From: Blastocatellia bacterium
GTDB lineage: Bacteria; Acidobacteriota; Blastocatellia; UBA7656
Direction: 5' to 3'
Assembly: GCA_963765495.1 (NCBI GenBank)
Contig: CAVXWP010000002.1
Coordinates: 160,001-224,000 of the forward strand
DNA: 64,000 bases
The notes below the pieces were generated by a model. The model saw only the letters and a list, made by a program, of their open reading frames with translations, did no database searches and had not been told where the DNA came from. The translations under genes and the position numbers were made by a program. Positions 51,668 through 61,967 of the stretch are shown here, in pieces; position 1 is the stretch's first letter; the number at the start of each line of letters is the position of its first letter.

Positions 51668-52912
51668 TTATAACGTACCGCTATATTCTTCGCTGGCTCG
51701 ACCTGCCTCTTCTGCCGCGCCCTCGGCAATGCCCGAATCAACATAACCACCCGAGCCGGATTTTCTTGCCAGCCATGCCCTTAGTCGTCGCCAGGCCAGC
51801 GCCAGCCCCGTCCATACGAGGAACACCGCGCCTGCCGAGGCAAGCCCGGCTATAGACTGTCCAACCAGCCCCGCGACCTCTCCCGTATGCGCGAACCTCA
51901 GGAAGGAACGTAGCCTGCGCCCCGGCGTGTTGCTCGAGAACGGCTCCCAGCGCGCAGCCGCAGGGTTGTTTCTTTCAAGAGTCAACTGCCCGCGCTTCTG
52001 GGGCTGCCCTCCATCGCCCTGATCTATCGAGAAAGCTACGGGCGCATCCATCGAGGTCGGCAAACGCAGGCTGATGATTTGCCAGTCGGGCACCTGTTGT
52101 TCTGCTCGCGACCATAGCGGATTTAGCCCTTCAAAAGATACCTCTACATCTCTGTGCTCGCGCGCACCCTGCCCGGCATTTGGCGGAGGCTGACCGGGCG
52201 CTCCTCGCGGCGCAGGCGGGGCCTCGCCTGCTATGCGATAAACAAGATTATTTGCCCACCCGTAAGACATCACGACTCCCGACAATACGATAATGAAAAG
52301 AGGAACTACCGACCACAAACCGATTACATTATGCCAGTTGAAATCACGGGCCTTGCCGCCAACCCCGCGCCTGAACCAGATCACTTTCCTGAGATTGGAC
52401 CAGTTCCATTTTCGCGGCCACCATAGATAAAAGCCACTGACGACAAGGAAAAGGAAGCCAAAATTGCAAGCTCCTGTGATAGCGCGTCCGACGGCGCGAT
52501 TTTCTCCGCTTGCGCCCAGCCAGCGATGCCAGTCTTCTATGAGGCGGAAAAAATCCCTTAAAGATTGAGAGCCTTCGCCCAGGACTTCACCCGTGTAAGG
52601 ATTGATGAAGACCGTACCCCCACCCGTGAAACCGATTGCGGCAGGCTCCGTCTGATCGGCCCGCATCGTAAACGTGGAGGGTACTTTATCCGGTCTCGAT
52701 TCCCTGGCTCTGGCAAGCAATGTCTCTACAGGCAAGCGCGAGGCTCCGGCCTCAGGCAACACCGCTTGATAATTGCGCGTGTCGGCCCAACTGGTGATCT
52801 CTCGCTCGTAAGTCAAAAGCAACCCTGTGACCGACATTATGAGTACGACAAGACCGGCCACCACCCCCATAGGCAGGTGACACCAGAAAATTATTTTGCG
52901 AAACCGATTCAT
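51668..52912 (-). CDS. PepSY-associated TM helix protein (PiuB-like iron-uptake membrane protein)
   Basis: FWCHL..G, FINPYTGEVLG, DWHRWL, WHNVIG, FAHTGE. Confidence 0.88.
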   Translation of the reverse strand: MNRFRKIIFWCHLPMGVVAGLVVLIMSVTGLLLTYEREITSWADTRNYQAVLPEAGASRLPVETLLARARESRPDKVPSTFTMRADQTEPAAIGFTGGGTVFINPYTGEVLGEGSQSLRDFFRLIEDWHRWLGASGENRAVGRAITGACNFGFLFLVVSGFYLWWPRKWNWSNLRKVIWFRRGVGGKARDFNWHNVIGLWSVVPLFIIVLSGVVMSYGWANNLVYRIAGEAPPAPRGAPGQPPPNAGQGAREHRDVEVSFEGLNPLWSRAEQQVPDWQIISLRLPTSMDAPVAFSIDQGDGGQPQKRGQLTLERNNPAAARWEPFSSNTPGRRLRSFLRFAHTGEVAGLVGQSIAGLASAGAVFLVWTGLALAWRRLRAWLARKSGSGGYVDSGIAEGAAEEAGRASEEYSGTL

Positions 52913-52932
52913 AAACTTAGCGACTCCTATTC

Positions 52933-53027
52933 TGATTCGTGATGCGTGATTCGTGACTATTTGAGAGTTTGCCCGTTATAGCCACTTCGCAAACCTCGTA
53001 AATCACGCATCACTCTTCGCGCATTAC
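52933..53027. repeat. GTGATGC heptamer-type palindromic element
   Basis: TGATTCGTGATGCGTGATTCGTGACT ... AATCACGCATCACTCTTCGCG; same layout as 19642-19730. Confidence 0.75.
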
Positions 53028-53042
53028 TTCCCACGTATCCCG

Positions 53043-53723
53043 TCAAACATCAGCCCAACGACGCAGCAGGTTATGGTAGACGCCCGTCAACTGCACGGTT
53101 GAGGGATGATCGGCCATATCTTGATTGATCCGTTGTATAGCCATGTCGAGATCAAACAATAACATGCGCTGCCCGTCATCGCGTACCATACTCTGAATCC
53201 AGAAGAATGAGCCAAAGCGCTCGCCTCGTGTCACCGGGCGAACGTGATGCAGGCTGGTCGCAGGATACAGGATCAGATGACCGGCAGGCAGCTTTACGTT
53301 GTGCACGCCATATGTATCTTCGACCACCAGTTCTCCACCGTCATATTCATCAGGTTTTGAAAGAAACAGCGTAGCCGATAGATCCGTTCGCACGCGATGC
53401 GGCGTGCCGGTCACCTGACGGATCGCATTGTCAACGTGAGTGCCAAATGCCTGCCCGCCCTGATAACGATTGAACAACGGAGGAAAGACCTTTAGCGGCA
53501 GCGCCGAGGCCATAAATAGCGCGTTGCGTTCGAGCGCCGCAAGTATTGTGTCACCCAGTTTGCGCGCTACCGGGTGATCTTCGGGCAATTGCTGATTGTT
53601 TTTCTGTCTGGCTGACTGGTGCCCGGCTGTGACCCTGCCGTCAATCCATTCCGCCTCTTCAAGCAACCGGCAGCATTCGACTACCTGCTCGCCGGTCAGC
53701 ACATCTGGAATCGGCATCAACAT
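53043..53723 (-). CDS. ybiX: PKHD-type Fe(II)/2-oxoglutarate hydroxylase (YbiX/PiuC)
   Basis: [49 protein letters not shown]. Confidence 0.92.
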   Translation of the reverse strand: MLMPIPDVLTGEQVVECCRLLEEAEWIDGRVTAGHQSARQKNNQQLPEDHPVARKLGDTILAALERNALFMASALPLKVFPPLFNRYQGGQAFGTHVDNAIRQVTGTPHRVRTDLSATLFLSKPDEYDGGELVVEDTYGVHNVKLPAGHLILYPATSLHHVRPVTRGERFGSFFWIQSMVRDDGQRMLLFDLDMAIQRINQDMADHPSTVQLTGVYHNLLRRWADV

Positions 53724-53779
53724 ATATTTTTGCTCCGCATGTAACTTTGCTCCGCACAGCCGTTTGAGTCTCTGCCAGA

Positions 53780-56239
53780 CTAGAATCTGAAGCCCAGACT
53801 CAGATTCGCAGATCGAGCGGCCCCCGGTATCAGGTGACCTCCGCCCAGACGATCAAAGTAATATGCGTCGTTCAGGTTATAGAGATTCAGCCTGAGATCA
53901 ACATGGCTCGTCAACGGATAAGAAGCCATGGCATCTATCGTCCAGTAGCTTCCCACCCGCCTCGTGTTCAGGTTATTGCCGTAGCGATCATCAACGAATC
54001 GAATGCCGCCGCCTACGTTGAGCCTTCGCGGGAGTTCGTAACTCGACCACAGGCTGAGCGAATTCTTCGGGGTATTCTGCAATTCCCTGCCGGTCTCGCC
54101 GGGAGTGTTCGATTCAAGAATTTCGCTGTCCAGATAAGTGTATGCGGCAAAGATACTCCATTCTTTTGTGATGCTGCCCGTCACACCTAACTCCGCGCCG
54201 TAAACACGCTGCTCGCCGTCGAGCACCTGTAAGGGGTCATCAGGCAACAGGCCCGGCGTGCGCGCGTTGGTCTTGTCTACGCGAAATCCCGCAAGGCTAA
54301 ACAACAGCCGCTGGTTGAATGTATCCCACTTGGTTCCGATTTCGAATGTATAGGTTTTCTCAGGCTCGATGTTGACGATGTCGTTTCGGCTACCGTATGA
54401 CAGCCCCTCAAGCGACGGATTGAGCGAGGTTCCATAAGCGGTGTAAATGCTGCCGTGGGCTGTCGGTTTGTAAACTGCCCCGGCCCGCCAGCTGACCATT
54501 CTGTCTATCCTTGAAATCTCCTCTCCCAGAAGGTTGGTCCCGCTCGCATCGAAGTAGTCATAACGCAATCCGCCGTTTAGCTCAAATTTCCGGCCAAGTT
54601 TAACGGTGTCGAATGCATAGGCCGCAAGCGAGTTTCCCGCAAGGTTGCCAACAATAGGACTCAGCGTAATCTTTCCGGTAAAGGTATCGTTCGGATTTGG
54701 ATCGAGCAGCGTGGTGAGCATGTTATCGGCTGTGCGAGTCCTGCGCTGATTCTCTTCACGGGTGAGGGCGATGCCGCTAACCAGCGTATGATCGATCCCC
54801 CCTGTTGAAAACGACGCTCGCAGGTCGGTTTGATTGTCCCAGATATTGTCTTCGGTGAGCCAGGACCGCATCTCTCGATTGATGGCCGTTGAATCGTCGC
54901 TTGCGAAACGGGGCGGGGTCGCTATTGAATCTCGCGTCGAACGCCCGTAACGAAATTGATCGCGAAGCGTGATCCTATCATCAAAGTCACGCTCGAACTT
55001 TACGGTGGCGAGGTCCGAATCGAGCTTCTCATAGTCCCGCGACTTCAAACCATAGAAAGTATCGCGCGGAACGGGAGCGGGCTTGTTGCGATATGCCGCA
55101 AGCGCGTTGTTTGTAGCAGTCACCCACGGAATACCGTAATCCGACAGGTTGTCCTGCTTCAGTTTGAAATAGCTGAACGTGAGACGTGTCGGGGTTCCAA
55201 GACCAAGAGCAAGCGAAGGCGCTACTCCCCAACGTTTGTTCTCGACTTCATCACGTCCGGCAACTCCAGATTCGTGCGCTACGAAGTTTATGCGAAAGGC
55301 GGTTCGGTCCCCCCATCCCAGCCGATCCAACGGTACATTCACATCGCCTGTGACTCGCTTTGTTCGGTCGGTTCCCATATCGAGCGTAAAGCCGTACAGA
55401 GGGGTGGGAATTGGCGATTTGCTGACAAGATTGATAGTGCCGCCTGTCGAACCGCGTCCGCTCAAGGCGGATGACGGCCCCTTCACTACCTCTACCTGTT
55501 CGAGGTTGAAGGGGTCGCGAGCCTGCGGGCTCAAATCGCGCACCCCGTCTATGAATATGTCGTTGCGAGCGCTAAACCCACGCAAGGTCAGATTATCACC
55601 CGCGGGGGTTCCACCTTCGCCTGCCGCAAGCGTAAGCCCAGGAACATTGCGAAGCACATCACGAAGCGAAGTAGCTCCCTGCTCTTCTATGATCGCCTGC
55701 GGAATCACGGTGATCGTCTGCGGAATGTCGCGCAACGGCTCTGTGTATTTTGGCGAAGAGACTATCGGAATCTGCCCCACTACCTCTACTGAATCTGATG
55801 GCCCGGTAACTTCGAGCAACACGGTTTCTGAGGCCGTAACACGATAAGTTACGCCCGTGCCCATCAGGATTTGCTTTAGCGCCTGCTCAACTGAGTACAT
55901 TCCTGAAACTCCTGGAGAGGCAAGATCGCGTATCTTTTCACTTGCGACCAAAACCTGCCATCCGGTCGCGTCGTGGAAGGCGTCCAGAACCGTGCTCAGA
56001 GGCCCGGGCGCGATGTCGAAGCGACGGACGGGGGATTGTGCGCGGTCCTGGAAACAGACAACCTCAACTGCGCTGTTAGGGCGGGGAGAGGCGAATGATT
56101 TTGCCCTACTGTCGATTACCCCGTAGGCCATCAATACGCCCACGGTGCTGAGAGTGAGCCAGTAGCGCGGCCCTCGCTCTCCCTTTTTTTTCCTCTTTTT
56201 CTGGCTCTTTTTTCCTATTTTCTTTGACCCTGTCTTCAT
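53780..56239 (-). CDS. TonB-dependent siderophore receptor (Fiu/PiuA-like) with N-terminal STN extension
   Basis: FDIAPGPL..L (STN), [41 protein letters not shown]-terminal F. Confidence 0.92.
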   Translation of the reverse strand: MKTGSKKIGKKSQKKRKKKGERGPRYWLTLSTVGVLMAYGVIDSRAKSFASPRPNSAVEVVCFQDRAQSPVRRFDIAPGPLSTVLDAFHDATGWQVLVASEKIRDLASPGVSGMYSVEQALKQILMGTGVTYRVTASETVLLEVTGPSDSVEVVGQIPIVSSPKYTEPLRDIPQTITVIPQAIIEEQGATSLRDVLRNVPGLTLAAGEGGTPAGDNLTLRGFSARNDIFIDGVRDLSPQARDPFNLEQVEVVKGPSSALSGRGSTGGTINLVSKSPIPTPLYGFTLDMGTDRTKRVTGDVNVPLDRLGWGDRTAFRINFVAHESGVAGRDEVENKRWGVAPSLALGLGTPTRLTFSYFKLKQDNLSDYGIPWVTATNNALAAYRNKPAPVPRDTFYGLKSRDYEKLDSDLATVKFERDFDDRITLRDQFRYGRSTRDSIATPPRFASDDSTAINREMRSWLTEDNIWDNQTDLRASFSTGGIDHTLVSGIALTREENQRRTRTADNMLTTLLDPNPNDTFTGKITLSPIVGNLAGNSLAAYAFDTVKLGRKFELNGGLRYDYFDASGTNLLGEEISRIDRMVSWRAGAVYKPTAHGSIYTAYGTSLNPSLEGLSYGSRNDIVNIEPEKTYTFEIGTKWDTFNQRLLFSLAGFRVDKTNARTPGLLPDDPLQVLDGEQRVYGAELGVTGSITKEWSIFAAYTYLDSEILESNTPGETGRELQNTPKNSLSLWSSYELPRRLNVGGGIRFVDDRYGNNLNTRRVGSYWTIDAMASYPLTSHVDLRLNLYNLNDAYYFDRLGGGHLIPGAARSANLSLGFRF

Positions 56240-56581
56240 ATTCTCTTCTCCTTTTCCCGCCTTACTTCAAAGCATGACCAGATATCCAAAGACGACGATG
56301 CTGTGTCGTTGCCGCCACATCTTTTCGAATCGGAATTTACAGGAGCGAAACAAGACACACGGATATCGAGAGCTGACCGGCTGTTACCGTATCGGCAAAT
56401 GTGCAATCCGCTGTGCGTGCGTTCTTTCGGGTGGTGTGCTAGGATAGAGCCCGCACGCCACCTGTAAAACAGACTGTCTGATCGGGTCGGCCCGTGCACC
56501 TGAAGCATCCGGCGCGTCACCGCCGGATGCTTTATCATTTTGTAATCGCCTGCCGCGCCCTCTTATTCAAAAACCGTGAAT

Positions 56582-56664
56582 TTGAAAATCATTTTCAAGA
56601 TTGACGATACTATGATTTCTTAAAAAGGTTGTCAAGGTCTTTTTGCAACTGAAATCCGTTTTCA
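56582..56664. promoter_or_regulatory. Two Fur-box-like palindromes upstream of the iron-uptake operon
   Basis: TTGAAAAT-C-ATTTTCAA (56582-56598; 12/14 match to the 7-1-7 TGATAAT-N-ATTATCA consensus) and TGAAATC-C-GTTTTCA (56650-56664). Confidence 0.7.
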
Positions 56665-56958
56665 ATAATTTCTCGAAAGGCCGATGGCATTCAGGGACAA
56701 ATTATTCTGAGATTGATCTGGCGAGACAGTAAGAAACCACTGATTGGCTTATAAAAAAGCTTTGAGTATTTTGCGGCTTTTCGCCTTTGCTTAAATCTAT
56801 TTCTCGCCCATCCATTTAGTACACGAAGTACGCAAAGCATTTCCTGAGAATTATATCGCTCTGAAAGACATCAGGGGCAGTCACACAAACAAATGGTGTT
56901 GTTGACTGCGTATTCTGAAGCCCGGAGCAAACATCCAGAACTCAAACCTTAATGTCAC

Positions 56959-57085
56959 TGTCCGTTTTTGAAAATCCCACATCCCACAAGTGAGAGGTTT
57001 CTGCCGGAATGGACACTGCCGCTCTCGGGCAACCTTTCTTATTGCAATACTTAGTTTTAGCGGTGCCTTTGGCACAGCAATTGGA
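56959..57085 (+). promoter_or_regulatory. Putative sigma54 promoter with activator boxes and an IHF-like site
   Basis: TGTCCGTTTTTGAAAA, ATCCCACAAGTGAGA, CTGCCGGAATGGACA; then an AT-rich IHF-like site; TGGCACAGCAATTGG at 57070. Confidence 0.55.
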
Positions 57086-57123
57086 TAATAAAAAGGCCCG
57101 GCTCCACAGGTGAGGGTGAGATT

Positions 57124-57420
57124 ATGAAAGCCTTGATCGGAGACATTCGTTTTGCGCTTCGGCTGGTGGTCGAAAACACCGGCAATATCGCTTTGGCGGC
57201 AATGGCGCTGGCCTTGAGCATTGGTGTCAACTTCGCCATTTCGGGTAATAGCAACAGAATATTCTTACGTTCCGATATGATCAAGGCCAGCAGTATGAAC
57301 CCACCGGGTGTACAATCAGTAGAATTGAGCTTAGACTCTGATTATAGATTTCTGTTTGGGCGCAATAATAATTCGTGTATTATCTTAACCCGATTTCGAT
57401 CACCAGGGTGGAATTCCTGA
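57124..57420 (+). pseudogene. Truncated ADOP-permease N-terminus (remnant or mini-protein)
   Basis: MKALIGDIRFALRLVVENTG..ALAAMALALSIGVNFAIS mirrors the ADOP start DLRYxxRML..PGF...LALGIGANTAIFS, then diverges. Confidence 0.6.
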
Positions 57421-57436
57421 CCAGGGGAGTTTAGTC

Positions 57437-58102
57437 ATGATCTCACTGAGAAATATAGAAAAAGCGTATGAGACCGGCGTTGGAAAGACCTATGTGCTGC
57501 GCCGGATAAATATTGATGTAAAGCCGGGTGAATTCGTCTCTATAATGGGACCGTCGGGCGCGGGCAAATCCACATTGCTTCACCTGCTCGGCATGCACGA
57601 TGCCAGTTGGACGGGCGAGTATATCTTTTTGGAAGAGCCGGTCCACAAACTCGATAAGAGGAAGAGGGCAGATCTTCGTAATAAGAATATAGGCTTCGTT
57701 TTTCAAAGCTATCATTTGCTCGATCACATGACGGTTTACGAAAATCTCGAAATACCGCTTTCATATAGAGACATCAGGAAGGCCGACCGCGAGAGCATCG
57801 TCTGCGACGTGCTCGACAGATTTCAAATCGTGGGCAAAAAAGATTTGTATCCTAACCAGTTGTCCGGCGGGCAGCAGCAACTCGTAGGCGTAGCCAGAGC
57901 GATAATCGCAAATCCAAAGATTATCCTCGCCGACGAGCCTACAGGCAATCTGCACTCCGATCAGGGCAAAGAGATCATGGAGCTTTTCAAGAAGTTGAAT
58001 GAGGGCGGAACAACCATCATTCAAGTTACACACTCTGAGGTAAATGCTACGTATGGCAACAGGGTCATTCATCTGAGGGATGGATGGATTGTAACTAACT
58101 GA
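57437..58102 (+). CDS. ABC transporter ATP-binding protein (LolD/MacB-like)
   Basis: [28 protein letters not shown]. Confidence 0.95.
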   Translation: MISLRNIEKAYETGVGKTYVLRRINIDVKPGEFVSIMGPSGAGKSTLLHLLGMHDASWTGEYIFLEEPVHKLDKRKRADLRNKNIGFVFQSYHLLDHMTVYENLEIPLSYRDIRKADRESIVCDVLDRFQIVGKKDLYPNQLSGGQQQLVGVARAIIANPKIILADEPTGNLHSDQGKEIMELFKKLNEGGTTIIQVTHSEVNATYGNRVIHLRDGWIVTN

Positions 58103-58114
58103 GGGGTGAATAAT

Positions 58115-58230
58115 TGTCCGATTGTGAACAGCCTCAGTCCCAGAAGTGGGGTATAAGAGGGTCGGGTTGTTTTTTAAGATGTTTTATATAAGAATTTACG
58201 ATGCACAGGTATAATGGCACGCAACTTTCC
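58115..58230 (+). promoter_or_regulatory. Putative sigma54 promoter with activator boxes
   Basis: TGTCCGATTGTGAACA, AGTCCCAGAAGTGGGG, AT-rich IHF-like tract, TGGCACGCAACTTTC at 58215. Confidence 0.55.
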
Positions 58231-58251
58231 TAACGTGATTTGGAGGCAAAG

Positions 58252-59505
58252 ATGGATGTACCGCGCAAATCAGCAAAACGTAATCGCCAGATTCGCCGCA
58301 TACTTTATGTTGCAGGCGCTGTGCTTGCGATAGCAGTCATTACCGTAGGCGTGTCGCGCCTCAAACCCGCGGCCCCCGCCATAGAAGGCAATACGGTCTG
58401 GCCCGATACGGTCAAGCGCGGAGAGATGCTCCGCCAGGTGCGAGGACTCGGAACCCTCGTGCCCGAAGAGACCCGATGGATACCGGCCGCCACTCAGGGC
58501 CGCGTCGAACGCCGTCTGGTCAAACCCGGCGATACGGTGAAAGCCGACTCCGTGCTTCTGGTTTTGAGCAACCCCGAACTGGAACAGTCGCTCCAAGAAG
58601 CCGAGCAGCAATTGAAGTCTGCCAAAGCCGCGTATGAAAGCAAGAGGGTCGAGTTGGAAAAACGTGTCCTCGATCAGAGGGCGACGACTGCCACGGCCAA
58701 AGCCAATTACAGCGAGGCAAAACTTCAGGCGGAAGTTAATGAAGACCTTGCCAAGCAGGGCTTGATTGCCGAATTGCCGCTAAAGGTCTCGAAGGTCAGG
58801 GCCGAAGATTCGCAGACCCGTTACGAGATCGAGCAAAAACGCCTCGACATCACCAGTGACGAAGTCAAAGCCCAGCTAGGCGTACAGCAGGCCGCGCTCG
58901 AACAGGCCCGCGACCTTTACACTCTCAGGCACAAGCAGGTCGATGATCTAAACGTCCGACCGGGTCTCGCGGGCGTCGTCCAGCAGGTAGAAGTCGAGGT
59001 CGGTCAGCAGGTAACACCCGGAACCAACCTCGCGAGAGTTGCAAACCCGGAAGAGTTAAAGGCTGAACTCAGAATCGCTGAGACCCAGGCCAGAGACATA
59101 CTGATAGGCCAGAAGGCAACCATCGATACGCGCAACGGTCTCATAGCGGGGCATGTCATCCGCATTGACCCGGCCTCGCAAAACGGGACGGTCGGCGTCG
59201 ACGTTTCGCTCGACGGCGATCTGCCTAAAGGCGCACGCGCCGCACTGAGCGTTGACGGCACTATTGAGTTGGAACGGCTTGAAAACATTCTATATATGGG
59301 CCGCCCGGTTCACGGCACAGAAAACAGTCAGATCACCCTCTTCAAATATGAAGAAGATGGAAAGGCAGCCGTTCGCGTACCTGTCCGGCTGGGTCGCAGT
59401 TCCGTAAGCACGGTCGAAATTCTGGACGGACTAAAAGAAGGCGACCGCGTGATCTTGTCGGATATGTCGGCGTGGGATAATGTCGAACGCGTTCGTATAA
59501 ACTGA
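58252..59505 (+). CDS. HlyD/MFP efflux periplasmic adaptor
   Basis: N-terminal TM anchor, VRGLGTLVP, lipoyl halves flanking a coiled coil, GLKEGDRVILSD. Confidence 0.92.
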   Translation: MDVPRKSAKRNRQIRRILYVAGAVLAIAVITVGVSRLKPAAPAIEGNTVWPDTVKRGEMLRQVRGLGTLVPEETRWIPAATQGRVERRLVKPGDTVKADSVLLVLSNPELEQSLQEAEQQLKSAKAAYESKRVELEKRVLDQRATTATAKANYSEAKLQAEVNEDLAKQGLIAELPLKVSKVRAEDSQTRYEIEQKRLDITSDEVKAQLGVQQAALEQARDLYTLRHKQVDDLNVRPGLAGVVQQVEVEVGQQVTPGTNLARVANPEELKAELRIAETQARDILIGQKATIDTRNGLIAGHVIRIDPASQNGTVGVDVSLDGDLPKGARAALSVDGTIELERLENILYMGRPVHGTENSQITLFKYEEDGKAAVRVPVRLGRSSVSTVEILDGLKEGDRVILSDMSAWDNVERVRIN

Positions 59506-59543
59506 ATCTCGGAATAGATGATTAAGGAGGAGTAGGAAAAAAT

Positions 59544-60284
59544 ATGAGTACAGCAGATCAACCGCTCATTCGCCTCGATGGTGTGAAGAAGGTTTTCCTT
59601 ACCGACGAGGTAGAAACTCACGCCCTTTCCGGCATCCACATGGAGATCAAGAAAGGCGAGTACATAGCCATTGCCGGACCATCAGGCTGCGGCAAGTCTA
59701 CGCTGCTTTCAATCCTCGGGCTGCTCGATTCGCCGTCGGACGGCAACTACACGCTGGACGGCAAATCCGTGGCCGATCTTCCGCTATCGGAGAGAGCCCG
59801 CATCCGCAACCGTGAAGTCGGTTTCATCTTTCAGAGCTTCAACCTGATTGGTGATCTGAGCGTCTACGAAAACGTAGAGCTTCCGCTGACCTATCGCGGG
59901 ATGAAGAGCGCGGAACGCAAAAAGAGAGTCAACGACGCGCTTGAACGCGTAGGCATGGCGCACAGGTCGAAACACCTGCCGAGTCAGCTATCGGGCGGTC
60001 AGCAGCAGCGCGTAGCCGTTGCCCGCGCCGTTGCGGGTGAACCGCTGATCCTGCTTGCGGATGAGCCTACTGGAAACCTCGACTCGACAAACGGCGAAGC
60101 GGTTATGGACCTGCTCAGAGAGCTTCATCAGCAGGGCGCTACTATCTGCATGGTCACGCACGATCCCAGATATGCGCGCCACGCCGACCGTGGTATTCAT
60201 CTGTTTGACGGTCGGGTGGTCGAAGAAGAAGACATGCCCAAAGCCGAGCACGAGTTGAAAGAGAGTGGCTTCGAAATAGCCTGA
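59544..60284 (+). CDS. ABC transporter ATP-binding protein (LolD/MacB-like)
   Basis: [36 protein letters not shown]. Confidence 0.95.
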   Translation: MSTADQPLIRLDGVKKVFLTDEVETHALSGIHMEIKKGEYIAIAGPSGCGKSTLLSILGLLDSPSDGNYTLDGKSVADLPLSERARIRNREVGFIFQSFNLIGDLSVYENVELPLTYRGMKSAERKKRVNDALERVGMAHRSKHLPSQLSGGQQQRVAVARAVAGEPLILLADEPTGNLDSTNGEAVMDLLRELHQQGATICMVTHDPRYARHADRGIHLFDGRVVEEEDMPKAEHELKESGFEIA

Positions 60285-60402
60285 CGGCTATTTTCACCCC
60301 TTTCTGAATCCAGACGATTCATCCTCAGAGGCGAATCGTCTGGATATGCTTGCGGATGAGCATGACGCGGCGAGTCTGTCGCCTGGTAGCCATAGAATTT
60401 AA

Positions 60403-60440
60403 TAGGCAGCCTGATTTGATTGGGCTGCCTAAAATTTTCT
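60403..60440 (+). terminator. Possible intrinsic terminator
   Basis: TAGGCAGCC...GGCTGCCTA followed by an A/T tract; a second hairpin at 60310-60343. Confidence 0.5.
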
Positions 60441-60596
60441 TGCCGCATGCGAATTTGCAAGATCGTATTTGGAACGATGAATATGCTTTATTTTAGAGAT
60501 GGATATAGATTCATTTGCTCTAATCTTGTATGCTCTGATCAGGTCTTTTCTTTTGGTGAGAGGCTAAATAAAGGAAGTTTTTTTGGACAGTGACAG

Positions 60597-61967
60597 ATGA
60601 AGACTCAGGAATCTTTTAATCCCAGAATACTGATCGCCGACGATCAACAGGACGTGCTTGAGGCGCTGCGCCTTTTGCTAAAGAGCGAAGGCTACAGGAT
60701 CGAATCCGCTACCTCGCCTGCGGCAATACTTGAAGCCGTGGAAGACAGGGATTTCGATGTCCTTCTGATGGATCTCAATTACGCTCGCGATACGACCTCG
60801 GGCCAGGAAGGACTCGACCTGCTGACTCGTATTCAAAAGATGGACTCGACCCTGCCCATAGTGGTGATGACCGCCTGGGGGAGCGTAAAGCTTGCGGTCG
60901 AGGCCATGCGCCGTGGCGCGCGCGATTTTGTGCAAAAGCCCTGGGAGAATGAACGGCTGCTTTCTATCTTGAGCACTCAGGTCGAACTCGGGCAAGCGCT
61001 CAGAAAAGGCGAGCGCCTGGAAGCCGAAAACCTCCTGCTCCGCGACGAGGGCCGCCCGCTATTCATAGCCGAATCTCCAGCCATGCAACCGGTCCTTCAG
61101 ATGATCGCCCGCGTAGGCCCTTCCGATGCCAACGTGCTGATAACGGGCGAGAACGGAACGGGCAAGGGTGTCGTAGCTCAAACCATGCACGCAATTTCCG
61201 ACCGGGCCGCAAAGCCTATGGTGACGGTCAACGTGGGCGGGCTCTCCGAGGGCGTCTTTGAGAGCGAGCTTTTCGGCCACGTGAAGGGCGCTTTTACCGA
61301 TGCAAAAACTGATCGCGTGGGGCGTTTCGAGATGGCCGAAGGCGGCACGCTCTTCCTCGATGAGATTGCCAATCTCCCAATCAATCAACAGCCCAAACTT
61401 TTGCGCGTGCTCGAAACCGGCGAATTCGAACGCGTGGGTTCTTCAAAGACCCGACGCGCCAATGTGCGGGTGCTTTCGGCAACAAATGCCGATCTGAACG
61501 AAGAACTGACGGCCGGGCGCTTCCGACAGGATTTGTTGTTTCGCCTCAATACGGTCGAAATCCGCCTCCCTCCCCTGCGCGACCGCCCCGAAGATATTCC
61601 CGTACTGGCTCAACATTTTCTCCGCCAGCACGAAGGCCGTTATCGCAAGAAACTGACAGGATTTTCTCCTGCCGCGATGCAGGTCTTGATGCGTCACCGA
61701 TGGCCCGGCAACGTGCGCGAACTCGATCACGCCGTGGAGCGCGCCGTGTTGATGGCGCAGGGAAAAGTCGTTGAGGCCGCAGACCTGGGATTGCAACAGG
61801 GGGCCGAAGTCTCGCGCAGGCTCGAAGATATGAGCCTCGAAGAAGTCGAGGGCTTTTTGATTCAAAAAACCCTGGCACAGTGCGAGGGAAATGTGAGTCG
61901 CGCAGCCGAAAAGCTGGGCCTGAGCCGCAGTGCCCTCTACCGACGCCTTCAGCGATATGGATTATGA
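60597..61967 (+). CDS. Sigma54-dependent NtrC-family response regulator
   Basis: REC domain, GENGTGK, ESELFGHVKGAFTDA, LFLDEI, WPGNVREL, Fis-type HTH. Confidence 0.95.
   Translation: MKTQESFNPRILIADDQQDVLEALRLLLKSEGYRIESATSPAAILEAVEDRDFDVLLMDLNYARDTTSGQEGLDLLTRIQKMDSTLPIVVMTAWGSVKLAVEAMRRGARDFVQKPWENERLLSILSTQVELGQALRKGERLEAENLLLRDEGRPLFIAESPAMQPVLQMIARVGPSDANVLITGENGTGKGVVAQTMHAISDRAAKPMVTVNVGGLSEGVFESELFGHVKGAFTDAKTDRVGRFEMAEGGTLFLDEIANLPINQQPKLLRVLETGEFERVGSSKTRRANVRVLSATNADLNEELTAGRFRQDLLFRLNTVEIRLPPLRDRPEDIPVLAQHFLRQHEGRYRKKLTGFSPAAMQVLMRHRWPGNVRELDHAVERAVLMAQGKVVEAADLGLQQGAEVSRRLEDMSLEEVEGFLIQKTLAQCEGNVSRAAEKLGLSRSALYRRLQRYGL

Noticed and set aside
56236-56538. 100-aa ORF upstream of the TonB receptor
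   Set aside because: No recognisable motif and it spans a hairpin; more likely untranslated leader.
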